A stretch of DNA of 64,000 nucleotides from Raillietiella orientalis (taxonomy: Eukaryota). Each line of letters opens with the position of its first letter. Position 1 is the stretch's first letter. A model generated the notes under the pieces. That model made no database searches. It was not told the origin of the DNA and saw only the letters and a program-made list of their open reading frames with translations. The position numbers and the translations under genes are program-made. Where the stretch lies: the NCBI GenBank assembly GCA_036172245.1, contig JAYWIR010000004.1:1984001-2048000 (forward strand), in the 5' to 3' direction. This document shows positions 13,795 through 26,379 of this stretch, piece after piece.

Positions 13795-13989
13795 TTTTCT
13801 ATTTTGAAAACACCTCATTGTTCAAAAGTATTAGGTGTTCCTGTATTGTGGTTGCAGCTGAGAATGTTCCCAAATCTCAAGTATTCCCAGCGTGTCATGA
13901 TAAAATCAGCTCATTCGAAAGGAAAATCCCGATTCATCGACTTTACCTGCTAAACAAAATGGAAGGTGGAGACAGGACTTGATTATCTA
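13795..13989 (+). repeat. Direct repeat copy 2 (~195 bp), downstream of RLE element A
   Basis: Diverged copy of 9317-9519. Confidence 0.9.
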
Positions 13990-15329
13990 AATCAGGCATG
14001 GAGAATCTTCTCGTCTCAGCGATCTGTGTGCCCGTTCAATAAATGTACTGCTGCCCACTGTTTCACTCAAAGCAAATTCCAGTTTTTTCAAAGTGAAGCT
14101 TCTCAATAGCCATTTTATTTGGAAATCATTTTGTTGCCTTGAGGCTGCATGAATGCTTTCCAGCTTCGTCGGTCCATCAACTCCGTTAGCTTTCTTGTTC
14201 TTTCCGAGTTGTCAACGTTAGGAACGATGCTCGTTTGGAAGAGCGAACTATCTGTAGAAACTTGAAGTATTTTGTTTGAACTTCAAAAACGAAAGAAGTC
14301 CACCAAGACGAATTCCAAGCACTCTTCTTATGCACGCCTCTAAACTTGTAGCCCTCTCCCACAGCGAAGAGCCCGTGCATTGCCAGACTCTTTTCTGTGA
14401 CTGGAAGTTAGCCATCCGCAACGAATCCTGACTGTCCACTTTTAAGTGTTGCGAGGCAGCACATTTGGTATGGACGCACCTCTCAGGGAGTTTCAATTCC
14501 AGTTCCGGAAAAGACTCGCGGATTTCACAGAAAGGCACTGCGGACCGCAGACTCCCGCAGATCCAAGTTTTCGTTTTCTTCTCCAAGTGATGAGATGCTG
14601 GTTCCTATGCATGCTCGAGAGATACAAAGTCACCATTGTTTTGTCTCCCTTTCTCGGATTTGCTCATTCGGCTGCTTTCAGCTTCCCTTAACATGAAAAT
14701 TATGGGTCACATTCGTTGGGTGGGTTGTGTAACGATCTTTCCTCCATCTGAAGCATCGGATAAACAATATTCGCATGCTATTATTGTTATCTGTTGATTA
14801 CTGCTAATGTGAGGTAGAAGTACATCTATTTAGGCTGATCATTGAATTCATTACGGTGATACCAATGTTCGATCTTGTTTTTGAGCATCTCCATGAAGAG
14901 GTAGAGCTATAGCAGTCATTCAAAAAAAGAAAGAAAAAAGATGCCGGAATGTGGTGCATTATCCACTTTGTATTTTGAGAAAGCCAAATCACCCGATTAC
15001 CAATCCAGGTTCTGTGTCTCTTATTTCGTTATGCGAAACTTCATCTGACAAGAAGATCATTTTCCTTTTTGCTGTGTTTGCATGTGTTTATCCTAGAAGG
15101 AGGCAGTGATTCGATCATCTCCGGTTTCGAATCCAAATCATCAGAACCGGATAATTCGTGTTACAGATAACGGGAAGCAAGTTTATGCTCCAAATGATTT
15201 CATCACCAAGTGATGATTACTGGAAAATAGCGTGGACAGTTATCTCTGCGAATCGACCACGCTGCACAGTTTTAGAAGCGCTAATAAACGCATCTGCTTT
15301 TGCGATAAAACACTTCACGGACAGGTGCA

Positions 15330-16150
15330 AATAAGGGTTCGCTGAGACACACGTGACCTGCATGGTGCACGTACTTCTACAAACGTGAAAGCTTGCACTT
15401 TCGTGCTATCTTCTCGAGCAGAGTTTGGACTTACTAAGAAGTCACTGACACACCTGGAATCTTTGGGAATCCTATGCGAGTTGGCCCGTGAATTTTTTTG
15501 TTTACCTTTCGCTTTCGAGGCACCCAAACACCTGGGTTGTGTGCACTCGACTCCAGCTTTCTCGGAACGTAGCGTCCAAAACTCCTTGTCAGCATCGTGA
15601 AACAACGAGAGCGTCTAGTGTTGTATGCATGTACAAATGCACTCGCACGTGCAAGTACAGTAGCAGTGATTCCGCTCCTTCTTTCTCCTGAACTTGAATA
15701 TGATCCGATTCGTTTCTGATTCACGGTTTGCACCTTTGGGATTGCTCAGTCGGATTTTGATCGGTTCGACTTGTTCATATGTTGCGTTTCTCTTCCAAAG
15801 AGGAGAATGTGAGAAGCTCCTGCCTACTTGGAAGTCATTCCTTGGTTTCGAATTCTGGATTCTTGCTGATACGCTCCGCTTTGACAGAGCGTGTTCTTCG
15901 GGAAGGAGTGATTTTTTTGCCTTTCTTTCTGTCAGAGAGACTCTGGTTTTCGAAGAGAAGGCTGGAATCCTGAGATCAAGGAGACAGCTTCCTGATGCTT
16001 GATCACTTCGACCAGGAAGGTGCATCCAAATGTACACGTCCTCGTGCACCTTGTATTTGGAGTAACCGCAGTTGTAGGCTGCTAGAGTGTGGCATGGATT
16101 TCTGCCAAGGTGAAGAACAAGTGCTCATTGAGCACCTTCTCATCACCTTG
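15330..16150 (-). mobile_element. Possible decayed LINE RT relic
   Basis: Minus-strand fragments RNDFQVGRS (Q.GF..GRS-like) and AREDSTKV (ADDTK-like) lie in plausible order. Very degenerate. Confidence 0.25.
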
Positions 16151-16449
16151 GCAGAAGAGCTGAAAGCTGTTGCATGATCAGAGGTGTTTTGAGAGCACAG
16201 CCATCACATGACAAACGCAACCGCTCAGGAGATTCGTAAGAGAGAATGGCAAGCGAGTTCTCCAAATTCCAGTCTTCCAGAAACAACCGGCCACGCGCCT
16301 TTCCCTGAACACCATAGAACAGCCGTTTTGTCTTTCTTGGAACGAGACCAGCTTCCTGAGACTCAGGTCTTCTGTTTTTTTTTTTTTTTTTTTTTAAAAA
16401 AAGCCTTGATCATTTCTTGTTTTTGTCCTCCTAAAGGAACTGGGAAAAA

Positions 16450-17250
16450 CTACTTTTGACAAGTGTTAGTGGGTGTCTTTGAATAGGGAGTTCTCCCTAC
16501 GCTACGCAAATATTGGTCACGCAGCCTTCTAGGGTCCAGGAAAGTCTTCAGCGACCTGGACGATTCGATTGGACAGTTAAATTCGATTGAGCGAATAGAG
16601 GGAGTGGCAGGGAAATGCGACCCCCCTGTGACCAGAGGGTTTTCCACCAGGAACCAAGGATGGAGCCTGCGAGGCAATGGACGGGTGACTTCGGGGGGGG
16701 AGGGGGAGGCCAACTGCCGCTCGCGCTTCACAGTCCGGTCCCAAGGAAACAGCCCTGGGAACGGCAAAGGGCGGGCAAATCCCGGATCGGTTGCCTCGCC
16801 GGAGCGTGGTTGCCGGTCCGTCCAGGTTGCCGAGGCTTACCCCGAGGGCGGCCGCTTCCAGAAAGTGCCGTCGAGTTTTCCAGGAGATGCCGCTCGCGAG
16901 CCTTACCAGAAGGGAAATTTTGAAATCGGGGAAGCCTCGGGTGCTCCTACCGGAATGCTCTCCATCACGTGGCGGCGCGCGCGAGCGCAACTATCTTGCA
17001 TCCGGAGAGATGAGAGGCGAAAGAGCGGATGCAGCGGCCATCAGGAAATGGCACAACCGAACATCTCGTAAAACTTGGGATCGCTACAGGTTACGAAACG
17101 ATGGCGCCTTTCGAACCCGAATCGCTTCCTCCTTTTCGGCCTCTGCGGCGGACAACAGCAGGGTCGCTTCCTCCCCTCCTGCCTCCATTATTTTCGTCAT
17201 TAAATTTCGGATCCCCACGTTCGCTCTCCTCGCCTGGTCTGTGTAGCATC
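16450..17250 (-). mobile_element. Decayed L1/Tx1-like ORF2 (post-RT) relic at the left edge of the GC-rich block
   Basis: Minus-strand fragments RSTRGFPDF (GG.G.PD-like) and PWFLVENPL (PLF.NP-like). The match is weak. Confidence 0.3.
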
Positions 17251-20200
17251 CTCCCCTCCTCCTGCTCCCGATCGAAAGTTCTACATGCTGCGGAGAAACT
17301 CTCTTGGTCTACAAGGAATCAGCGAAGGGAAAAAACGATCCGCACGCACGCGGGCGTGCGTCCAAGAATCAGGCCGTCCTCCTCCTCCTCCTCCTCTCGT
17401 CCATTTAGCGGGCTGACGCGTCGTTTCCATTCTCGCGCACGCGACACTTGTCACGCGTCCCCCTTAGTCGGTACGCAAGGAGACGTCGTGGGATGTTTGC
17501 AAACAGCGCGCGCGAGAGAGAGATAAAGGGAGGAGGAGGAGAGGAACTGTCACCTCTTCCTCGAGTAGCGCGAAAGACGAGTTCCTTGAGGGTGGGTGCG
17601 GATTTGCCTTGGGGGATGGGTCCAGCGGCGCCTCCTTACTTTTCAGCTTTCGAGTTTTCGGAGTTTGGAGTAAGGAAAAAGAGAGCTCTCTCCTCTGGAG
17701 CCACTGAACTTCCAGGTCCTCCAGGTCGGTGCGCCACACGGAGAAAGATGCGTGGAAGAGGCGCGGTTGTCGCCAGCTCGCATTCCCCGAGGCAGTCCTC
17801 CTCGATGTCTTTCGGTCCCTGCAGGGGCAACGCGCGGGGGGCGGGGCGGCAGCGGTGGATGGAAGCGGGAGCGTGTGACCATTCCCTCCTCCTAACGACC
17901 CGTCCTGGCCGCAGATCGTCACGGAGATCGAAGGCTCCAGATCAGGGAAGGCGCACCGTGCCTCCCCCGGCTGAGTCTCTCCGTAGAAGGATGAGCTCTG
18001 CAAAGCGCGCTAGAGCTCCTTGCATCACGAAGACCGCAGCCTCTCTGGGAAACCGCTGAGAAGGCTCAGGAGGACAATCCAATCGTGGAGAACGCCTCCC
18101 CGGGGCAATCGGAACATGAGCGATCAGACTGCTAAAGAGTCCCTTCGGATCCCTGGCTCTCCCTCCTTCCACAGAGAAAGAGGCACCCGCAAGTGGGTTG
18201 GTGCGCCACCGAGAGCGCACCACTTTCGCCTCCTGTCTTCTGCTCTCCTCCTCCTCCCTCTTCCTTCCTCCCTCCTTCCTCATTTCTTCTTCCTCCTCCC
18301 TCCTTCCTTCCTTCGTCATGAGTTTCTGGAGGCACCCGGCAGGCGGCAGGATGCCGTCCTACGACGCAGCAGGCGACCCCACCGGAAGGGCTCCAGGAGG
18401 CGAGCGCGGCCCCATTCTCTCGCGCTCGCAAGGCGAGGATCGTTAGCGGAGTCTTCCCGGAACGTCGTGCCCTTATCGAACCCCCCTCACCCCCCGAAGC
18501 AGTCTACGCGCTCCAGCTGGTGGCCGGAAGGGTTTCCCGGTGGTTCTCTCTGGACGAGGAGACGAGGGGTAACGCTCGTCCGCGGTAAGAAAAGAAGCGG
18601 ATCGTCGGAGGCTGCCCTCGCAAGCTGAGAGCCAATCCTTTTTTTCTTTAAGGTTGGGAGGAAAGGAAGGGAGGAAGGGATGAGGGGGTAGGGACAGCAG
18701 GCCCAGGGCGGCAGTGAAAGCGTCCGCAGATCGGTGCGGTTGCCGTTCCGAGGAAAGGGAAAGGAAAAACCCGAATGCCCCGCCTGGAGACCCTGAAACC
18801 AAAGGTTCCGGACGGAAGAGAGGGAAAGTGGCGGGAGATGGGGAGGCGACAGGGGGGAGGAAAGCAGGACGGGGATGCACGCAGCCATTCGACGGGCGCA
18901 AGTTGCGGTTGTTGGGCGTAGAGGAAATTTGTCGCGGGAGCGTTTGCTCATTCGGGGGACTCGGTTGCGTCCATCGAAAGAGCTCCATCCAGGAGGGAAG
19001 TGGGTCAGGAGGTGTGGGGAAGGGGAGAAGGTTCCTAGAGGGGGAAGGAAGACCGCGAAATTCTGCCGCTCCGCCTTTACCTCCAGCGCTCCTCCCCCTT
19101 CTTGCTTCGCGAGTTTCTGGGGCTTCCGGGCGGCTCTGGAGACACGGGGATGCCATCCGTTAACGGGGGAGGAGGGAAAGGAATAGGTTGCGCCGAATCA
19201 GGATTCAGACGGTCCTTCGGAGGGGAGCAGGTTCAGAGGACCGGACTCGAGCCGATTCCCAGGCAGGCAAAAAAAAAAAAAGAAAGAGGCGCAAGAATCT
19301 CAAAAGGGATGAGGCAGTCATCCCCGGCATCCCCCAATTTCCCTCTTTTCTGCCCCACGGGCTGGGGCAAAGAAGGGAGGAAAGAAACTAGAAGAGTCTG
19401 CTGGACCAAGGACTGGTGGTCCCTTCACCCGCACGGTTGTGATTGCCAGCCTTGCAGACATGGGACGCTCCCCCCCGGGCCAATTTACGACTGTGGAGCA
19501 TTCCGATGGAGCGGCAGGCTCTTCCTGGGTCCCGGATCCCTTCGTTCCCGTCGGCCTATCCCTCAGGGAGTCCCATCGTCATGTTCCTCTCCCCCTACTC
19601 CCGACGGGGTCTCCCATAGCTGCTCCAGAAATCCGGTGGGAAGGGCCGGGATGGCGTCTCGGCATCGATTGACCTCCCCCTCCTCCGCATCGATGGTCGC
19701 TCTCCGGAATGAGTTGGCAGCAGCAACCTCGGGAGATTGAAGCCGCGGTAGCTTCCCTGCATGTGGACCAACCCCCATGGCGTCGGAAAGTTTTCCTCAT
19801 TCTCTCCCGGAAGCTGGCGAGGATCTGAACTCTTTTGTTCACGAGGGGGGGGGAAGAGAAACCGCTGGACCTCTCGGACGGAAGATCGAGGTGCCCAATG
19901 AAGAGTACCTGCTGGTTCCACCAGCTGCCTGCGCCGGAAGCAGCGAAGGTTCCCGGTGTCCAGGAACTCCTCTGAAGGTGACCTTAGATCCAGTGGGGCT
20001 CCTGGTGGGATGGGGGAGCTCCATCTGCCGGGATACTCAGTCAGCAGGGCACTGAAGACTCCCTCGCTCGACGGCAATGGGAAGTGACGCGTGGTGGAGC
20101 TGTCCCCGACTCAGCCGGGAGGCAGAGGAGGGGTGCGCCTCAAAGGATGGTTCCCGGGTGGAGGAGAGGGAACCTCCCTCTAGGAGAAACACGGGAAGCT

Positions 20201-22799
20201 CTGGAGGAGTCAGAGGGAGAGACAGACAGCTGGGACACAGGAGAGGTCACCTCGCTCCGAAAGGAGTCACTTCTCCATGTGCCCGCGACTAGGAGGCCGG
20301 CCGCCGGAGGGGCGCATAGGGAGGCGACCCCGAACGGATGGAGGTTTCCTCAGAGATTCCATGGACGCTTTGGAAGACCCTAGTGCAGGAGGGTGTGTGT
20401 GTGTGTGGAAGGCCTATCTCCTCGAGGATCGCCGCTGCTGGAGTCTGCGATCGCCTGAGGGGGTGCCCGCTCCGCCGGACTGCTAGTCCGGGACGAGAGT
20501 GGGGAGGACAGGTGGAAACCGCGCGCCGGCGCGCCACGACGACGGGACGGGTGATGTTCCACTCGACCGCCCTTCCCCTCTCGGGGGGAAGGAGAGGAAG
20601 GCGACTTGCCACTCGCGGCACCCTCGTCGGTCAGAGCGCGTGCCCAGAGGCGCGCCGCTGCTGCTGGTTCTGTCCTCGTCGCCAGTCGACGATACGGGCG
20701 AGCACACGCCAGCTCTCGCGCGGGATGACGACGCCCCCACCTACTCAGACACAGAGCTAGCGGGCCGTGAGGCTGAGCTCGCTGACCTTCCCGCTCCACC
20801 ACAGCCAACCCTGCCCGCCGATGCTCCGTTCGCGCTCGCGACCTCGCCACTGCTGCCGCGTAGCGGACCCGTGTGCAGAAATGGCGGGCTGGAGGGAGAG
20901 CGGCCATCAAACACACGCACGCACACGCCATCCCGTGACCTTCGCCGATGCGTGCAGGCGCTAAGAGGTCGCAAGGAGCATCGTCCCCTCGACTCCTCCC
21001 TCCCTCTTTTCCTCCCGCCCCATGAGGGCACCGCCGCTCAGCCATAGATGCTGTCAGTGCGGAACAGTCCCAGAAACGTCGCTCACGGGGGAACGAGCCG
21101 ATTGCTGCGAACGGGAGGAGAAAGGGAGACAGGAGGAAGGGGGAAGGAGGGGGGAGAGAGAGAGAGAACGACCACGACGCGGAACGATCGGATTTTTTTT
21201 TCCCCCCCTTTTTTCTTTCCCGGAGCATCCTGTGGAGCGGGCGGATCCTGCGTAGCAGGGACGGATCTGCCCCCTTATACCCACCCACCCACTTCCCTTT
21301 GTTGCTGGCGCCTGGAACGCGAGGCGGCGGTACCTCGCTGAAAAGGCGGGGGAGGAAGCGCGCAGGAAGGCGAGATGCCGAGGGACTCCGAGCGCGTGCG
21401 TAGTCTTCTCCCTCCTGTCCCGAGGAGGAGGAGGGGGAGGGGCAGGCATCGGAGCGGGAAGCTGCACCCACCCTCCTCCTCCGAATCGCTTTCTAGGAAG
21501 GCGGGACTCCCCGTCTCGCGCGGGCGACCGTGCCGCAAAACAGCAGGGAACCCGTCAACGGCCGGAAATACCGTACGGCGGCTGACTTCCGCTCCACGAA
21601 CGGGCCCGTCGCGAGGAGGAGCGCCGGTTGTGCCCCTACCGTTCCCTATTCCGAGGGAGGGCGGACGGGAACGAACGAGATGGGAGATCTTTTGGTGCCG
21701 CGGGGAAAGCTGGAAGGAACTCTGGTTGCCATGTGGGTGGTCCTGGAGCGATGACCTCCCGCCTTCGGGCTGCCTTGCTGTCTCTACCCACTTCTGCCCC
21801 CGCTTCCCTCCCTCTTCCTCCCTCTTCCGTTTTCCTGTTTCGTCGCGGAGCGTCTGGTTCCTGGACTTCTCCTTCCCCCTCCCCGGAGCTCCCCGACACC
21901 AAGGCGGCCACGCACGCTCCGCACATCCTCCCCTCTCCTGGATCGGTTTTCCCGTCCTTTTTCGGGACACCACCCGTTCGTGGGCGCGCGGTGCACCTTT
22001 GCAAGTGGAACCCAGTCGAGACGGCTCCTCGATCCACCCCACCAACCCCTTTCCTTTGGGATGGGAAGGACAGACCGACCTCCGCAGGAAAGGCCGAGGA
22101 TTCGCCACCATTTCCTCCCGTATCCCCGTCCCCTCCTTCCTTTCCCTCGGCAGAGTGAGTCTGGCTAAAGGAGGGGATGCGCGCGGACGCTACGACGCGA
22201 CCCGGACGGCAGAGGTCCTTCTGCGCCGCCGCTGCGGGCGGTGCGGAGGAAGCGCTGAAGGGGAGGAGAGGCGCGTCCTCCCTCCCCTGCTCTGCTCCGC
22301 CCTTTTCCTCGTCGCCTGGGAATGGCGGATGCGTTTCGAAAGTGCACCGCCGGAAATCACCCTCCGAGAGGCTTCCGGGTTTCCTCATCTTACTGCGTTG
22401 CCTCGGGAGGAGGCGGAGGGGAGCCGGGACGCTCTCGGTTAGTTTGGTGGTCAGGTCCCTCAGGACTCACGGGAACCCTTGTGCTTTCAAGAGCCCGAAG
22501 ACGGGTAAGCAGGAGGTTGGAAGAAAGAGGAAGGATGCCTCCTCTCCCCCCCCCCCTTCTAGGTGGCGCAGGCATCTCCCCCGAGGGGCGGCGGAACCTG
22601 CCTCAAGGGAAGATCTCCTGATGCGTCCTCCGCGGGCCAAGTGGGCTCGGGGGGAACAGGAATGCTCATGCACTTCAGGGACCACGCCCCGCGAATGCAG
22701 AGGAAAAGGCCCGCCCTTTGCCGAGAGGAGAGGAGGAGGAGGAAGCTGAGACGGGACAAGGCGTCTCCGCGGAGGGTAACTGTGATGGAACAAGTGTCA

Positions 22800-24370
22800 A
22801 GATGGCGGCAAGGGAGTCACCGGCATTCCCAGGAGAGTGGTGAAAAGAGGGAATGGAGAAGAAGGGAGGGACGAAGAGCCTGCGTGCGCATCTGCTTGTC
22901 CTGAGGGCACCCTCTGCCTCCGGCGCATGCAACTTCAAGAGGCCGCGCTTCCCGGCAGAGCACCCAAAAACCCAAGTCTCCCTCCCGCCTTTATTCCTTG
23001 GGGCGCATCCACCTTTTTTCCATCTATTCCTTCCAGACCATAGCGCCAAACTGACCAAGGGACAAAAGGGGAAAAAATAGAGGGCTTCTCCCGCTGCCAC
23101 TACGGAGAAGGTGTATGGACACAATAGGGATGGAAAGAGGGGGAATACGTCCTCCCACTCCTCCTTCCGTGACCACCATCCTCCCCCTCCCTTTCCCGAA
23201 GGCAGGGGAGGGGGGAATGGGGAGCACTTGATGCTACCTCATCAGCGTTAGGTGGATTTCGCCATACTCACCTTCTCGATCCCGACTCTTCCTCATCCTT
23301 CCCGGAACGAAGCCCTAGGTCTCCACTTCTCTCCGCCAGCAGCTCTTCCTAGCTCGACCTCGAATGCTCCTCCACTTCCTGAGGGAAGCGAACGTCAACG
23401 GAGACCGGGATATCCATTGCTAATGGAGGTGGAGTGGACGCGCGCGGGCGAAACGGCGCACACTGAGCACACAGAGTGGCTCCTCTCGCGACCCAGTTCG
23501 TCTCCTCCCCCGGAACGAGCGAGAGAACCACTTCTTGGAAGCAACTATTTCCATCTCGCCCTTCTCGCTTTCGGCTCCTGTAGGAAGTATCTACTCCCCG
23601 TCTCTCCTGCCCGACCTCCCTGCTGTGCAGAAGGCCTCCCCAAATCGGGGAACCTCCAAAGAGGGGAGAGAGGATGGGAAGAAAAGGTGGTGATGGACTC
23701 CCAGAGGGACAGATGTTCCCGAACGGCGAGAAGGAGCAGCCTCTGTCCGGTTCAAAAGACGGCGGCCGTATCTTCAAATCTCTCCCTCTTTCCCACCTTG
23801 CTGAGTCCCTGGAGTGAAGACTCTAAACAACAGGGACTCCAAAGTGAGAAGACGAAGTGAGAGAAGAGGCAAAAGAAAATTGGAGAGAATCTCCCCAGGA
23901 GAGTCCCCGTAGGTGGTCCATTGCGGGATCTGGTGGCGCACTGTTCGCTCTGCCTCTCATCTTTGATCTTCACGGATCCCCCCTCTTGACTGCTTCTACA
24001 CGGCCGATTGCTGCGGTTGCCATGGCTGCCTTTCGCACTCCCCTTCCTGAGATTGAGCTACTTCTAGTCGATGCTGGAAAAGAGCAGACTGCACCCAAGA
24101 CCGAAACGAAATAGAGACCTCAATAAGAGGACGGATGCCGCCTCAGTGGTCTTCTGTGGCCTCCGGTTTGAAGAGAATCTTCTGAATCCGGGAGTGCCCT
24201 GAGAATTATGGGCCTGAGTGCCCCTTGACTCTCAGGTCGAGAGCATCCCACAGCGTGAAAGGCGAGTGGATGACAGCAAGAATTCCTAACCACTGATCCA
24301 AAGAAATCCCTATGGAACCTGTGAGCAAGCCACCAAAGGAGAAAGCAGGAACATGAAGTAACGGGCATCC
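22800..24370 (-). mobile_element. Decayed L1/Tx1-like reverse transcriptase region
   Basis: Minus-strand motifs in the right order: LRPIIL..QKILFK (~24220-24170), LTLESLLFR (~23845-23820), FEDTAAVF (FADD-like, ~23780) and LWSG....CAPRNKGG (W.G...pk..GG thumb motif, ~23045-22985). Confidence 0.45.
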
Positions 24371-25703
24371 TTCTTCATTTTATTCCAAATTGCTTAGACC
24401 TCCTTAAAAAAAAAAAGAAAACGAAAAATGGTACAAAAGGAAATAAGGCAAAGTCACTAGGTTGCATCATCTGCTAAACTCTCCCACCTCTGTTTCCACG
24501 GGAGGAAAAAACATGAAGGAAAGGAAGGGGGTGGGTGGAGCTGAATGTAGGTCCGCTCCTGATAGAAACCATTAAAAGGCGTTCCTCAGGCATTCCCGCT
24601 TTTCGGAGGAGCTGACAGCGCCATGTGGCGCAAGTGTAGAAAATTCTCATCGCCCTTCATCCTGAAAGTTTTCTGACGATGGCACGCAGCTTGCGGCTGC
24701 AACAAAAGCCGTCAGAGCACGCATTTGGGGAAGACACAAAGGAGGAGCAAGGAAGAGGGAGAGAGTACAGAAGGGCAACGGACACTCACTACCGATAGAC
24801 TGTGATAGTGGAACCATGCACCTAGGTGCCACGAGTAGGAAGGTTTTCCTTCATCTGCTATCTCAAGGCAGGAATCTTCTCCACCTGAACCATGAGTGAT
24901 GAGACAGGTAATACCGTCTACCATTAGGGAAGAAGGGATGCGCCACCAAGGAATCCCTCGAAGAATCCTTGCTAGCATCTCAAGCACTGAATTCTAATAA
25001 GTTGGGTCCCAGTGACTTGATGGCCAAGCTGCATCTGACAAGACGGAGAGAGCAGTGGATACCCCGGTCTCCGCATGGAAGGTAGGAGGAAAAAACCGAT
25101 CCAGAACTGCAACAGCCCTAATCTTCTGGTCTCACCTTCTCGAGGTAAAGTGCTCCAGCGACCTAGACTGCCAAACATTTCGTGGGGACGGAGAACTATA
25201 CACGATGAGGTTGATGCATCTTTAAGGCAATACCAACTGATCACAGGTTGCATTTCATGCAGCGTTCATTGCATGCTCTTATCCTTCTGGAACTGTTTGT
25301 GCTACTGAATGGGTTTCGAACGGCCAAATCAGTCAAATTAAAGTCTGTTTGCTCTTACTTTGCTTGTGATATCCTGCTTGGTTAAAGCGACAGTGCTGAC
25401 TAACTAAAACATTCTTCGTAGGCGATCCTGAAATCTCATTGCCAACGATCTGCTAGCAGTATTATTTCCAGTTGACATTCCCAAAATAAACACTGAAATT
25501 CAGAACTTTGCCTCCACAGATGATTTGGAAAGATTCTGAGAAAAGCACATAGGGACAACAGCGCTGACAGATCGATGATTCGATTGATTCGGTGTATCAT
25601 AAAGATTCGATGTACTATGGAGCGTGGAAAAAGATTGCCAAGAGCACGGTTTTTAGAATGAAATGCAAATATGGGAAATCATAAAGACTTTACTGTTTCG
25701 TAC

Positions 25704-25735
25704 AAGATTTGTAATCCCACAAAACGAACAATAAA
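25704..25735 (+). repeat. 32-bp perfect direct repeat, copy 1 (AAGATTTGTAATCCCACAAAACGAACAATAAA)
   Basis: Identical to 28573-28604; extends to 36/37 if the upstream CGTA(C/A) is included. Confidence 0.97.
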
Positions 25736-25935
25736 ACCTACTTCCGAGGGCGCCGTCCAGTAGTGGTTCAAACTGTACGACGAGGTCTTACAACGGCAGT
25801 CGACCTCCGGGTCCCTTCCAGGAATCAAGGAGTGGGAGTTCCCCTCCGGTTGTGCATAGAAGCGGACTTTCCTTTAAGGGGGACCCTCCATAGAGTAGGT
25901 GTGTCGCCATGTCTCTAGAGTTCCAGAGAAGCGTG

Positions 25936-26190
25936 ACGCTTTCTTCGGGGAGACCCCTTCTGAATTTCGGAAGCGTCCCTTCGGGGTTCCCTTCAGAGGA
26001 GTAAACAGGAGAGGTTCCCTTGCGGGTTCCCTTCGGAGAAGAAAACATGGAGCGGTCCCCTTCGGGGGTCCCTCCGGAGAGAGTAAAGAAGGGGAGAATT
26101 CTCTTCCGGGTTCCCGTCGGAGACAACCAGGGCTGGAAGGTTCCCTTCGGAGATGCCTCCCCAGGGTTGAGAGGCGGTCTCCTCCCGGTA
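25936..26190 (+). repeat. Degenerate ~40-43 bp tandem array built from paired (G)TTCCCTTCGG(G/A)G motifs
   Basis: Units start near 25976, 26015, 26056, 26099 and 26141. Each has two TCCCTTCGG-like motifs followed by a purine-rich linker. Confidence 0.8.
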
Positions 26191-26379
26191 TCTTGAAGAA
26201 TTAACACACGTACCCTCGGGTGGGGTGGGGAATAGTCTCAAAGAGCTGAGTGGGAGGCTGGTTCTTGAAGTACTCAGCAAATCCTCAAAAAAAAAAAAAA
26301 AACTGAAAGCAAAGAAGGATCTCTATTGTCCTTCGGAGTATTCGGAACATGCACTCTTTTCCCCAAGGCCCACAAGGGG

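Noticed and set aside
20380..22442. Long ORFs of 250-363 aa on both strands in the GC-rich block
   Set aside because: They overlap in several frames, are low-complexity R/G/P/S-rich and show no recognisable domain. This is expected from stop-codon scarcity at high GC.
23399..25073. 23-bp inverted match (CGGAGACCGGGATATCCATTGCT vs the reverse complement at ~25051-25073, 21/23) as terminal inverted repeats of a DNA transposon
   Set aside because: There is no transposase or TSD, and the match does not extend. It is more likely related retroelement scraps or chance.
25758..25778. tRNA-derived SINE head (B-box-like GGTTCAAAC)
   Set aside because: No convincing A box at the right spacing and no T-arm stem.
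25936..26190. CRISPR-like repeat/spacer array
   Set aside because: The context is eukaryotic with no cas genes. Repeats are degenerate, and the linkers are only about 13-17 nt, purine-rich and resemble each other.
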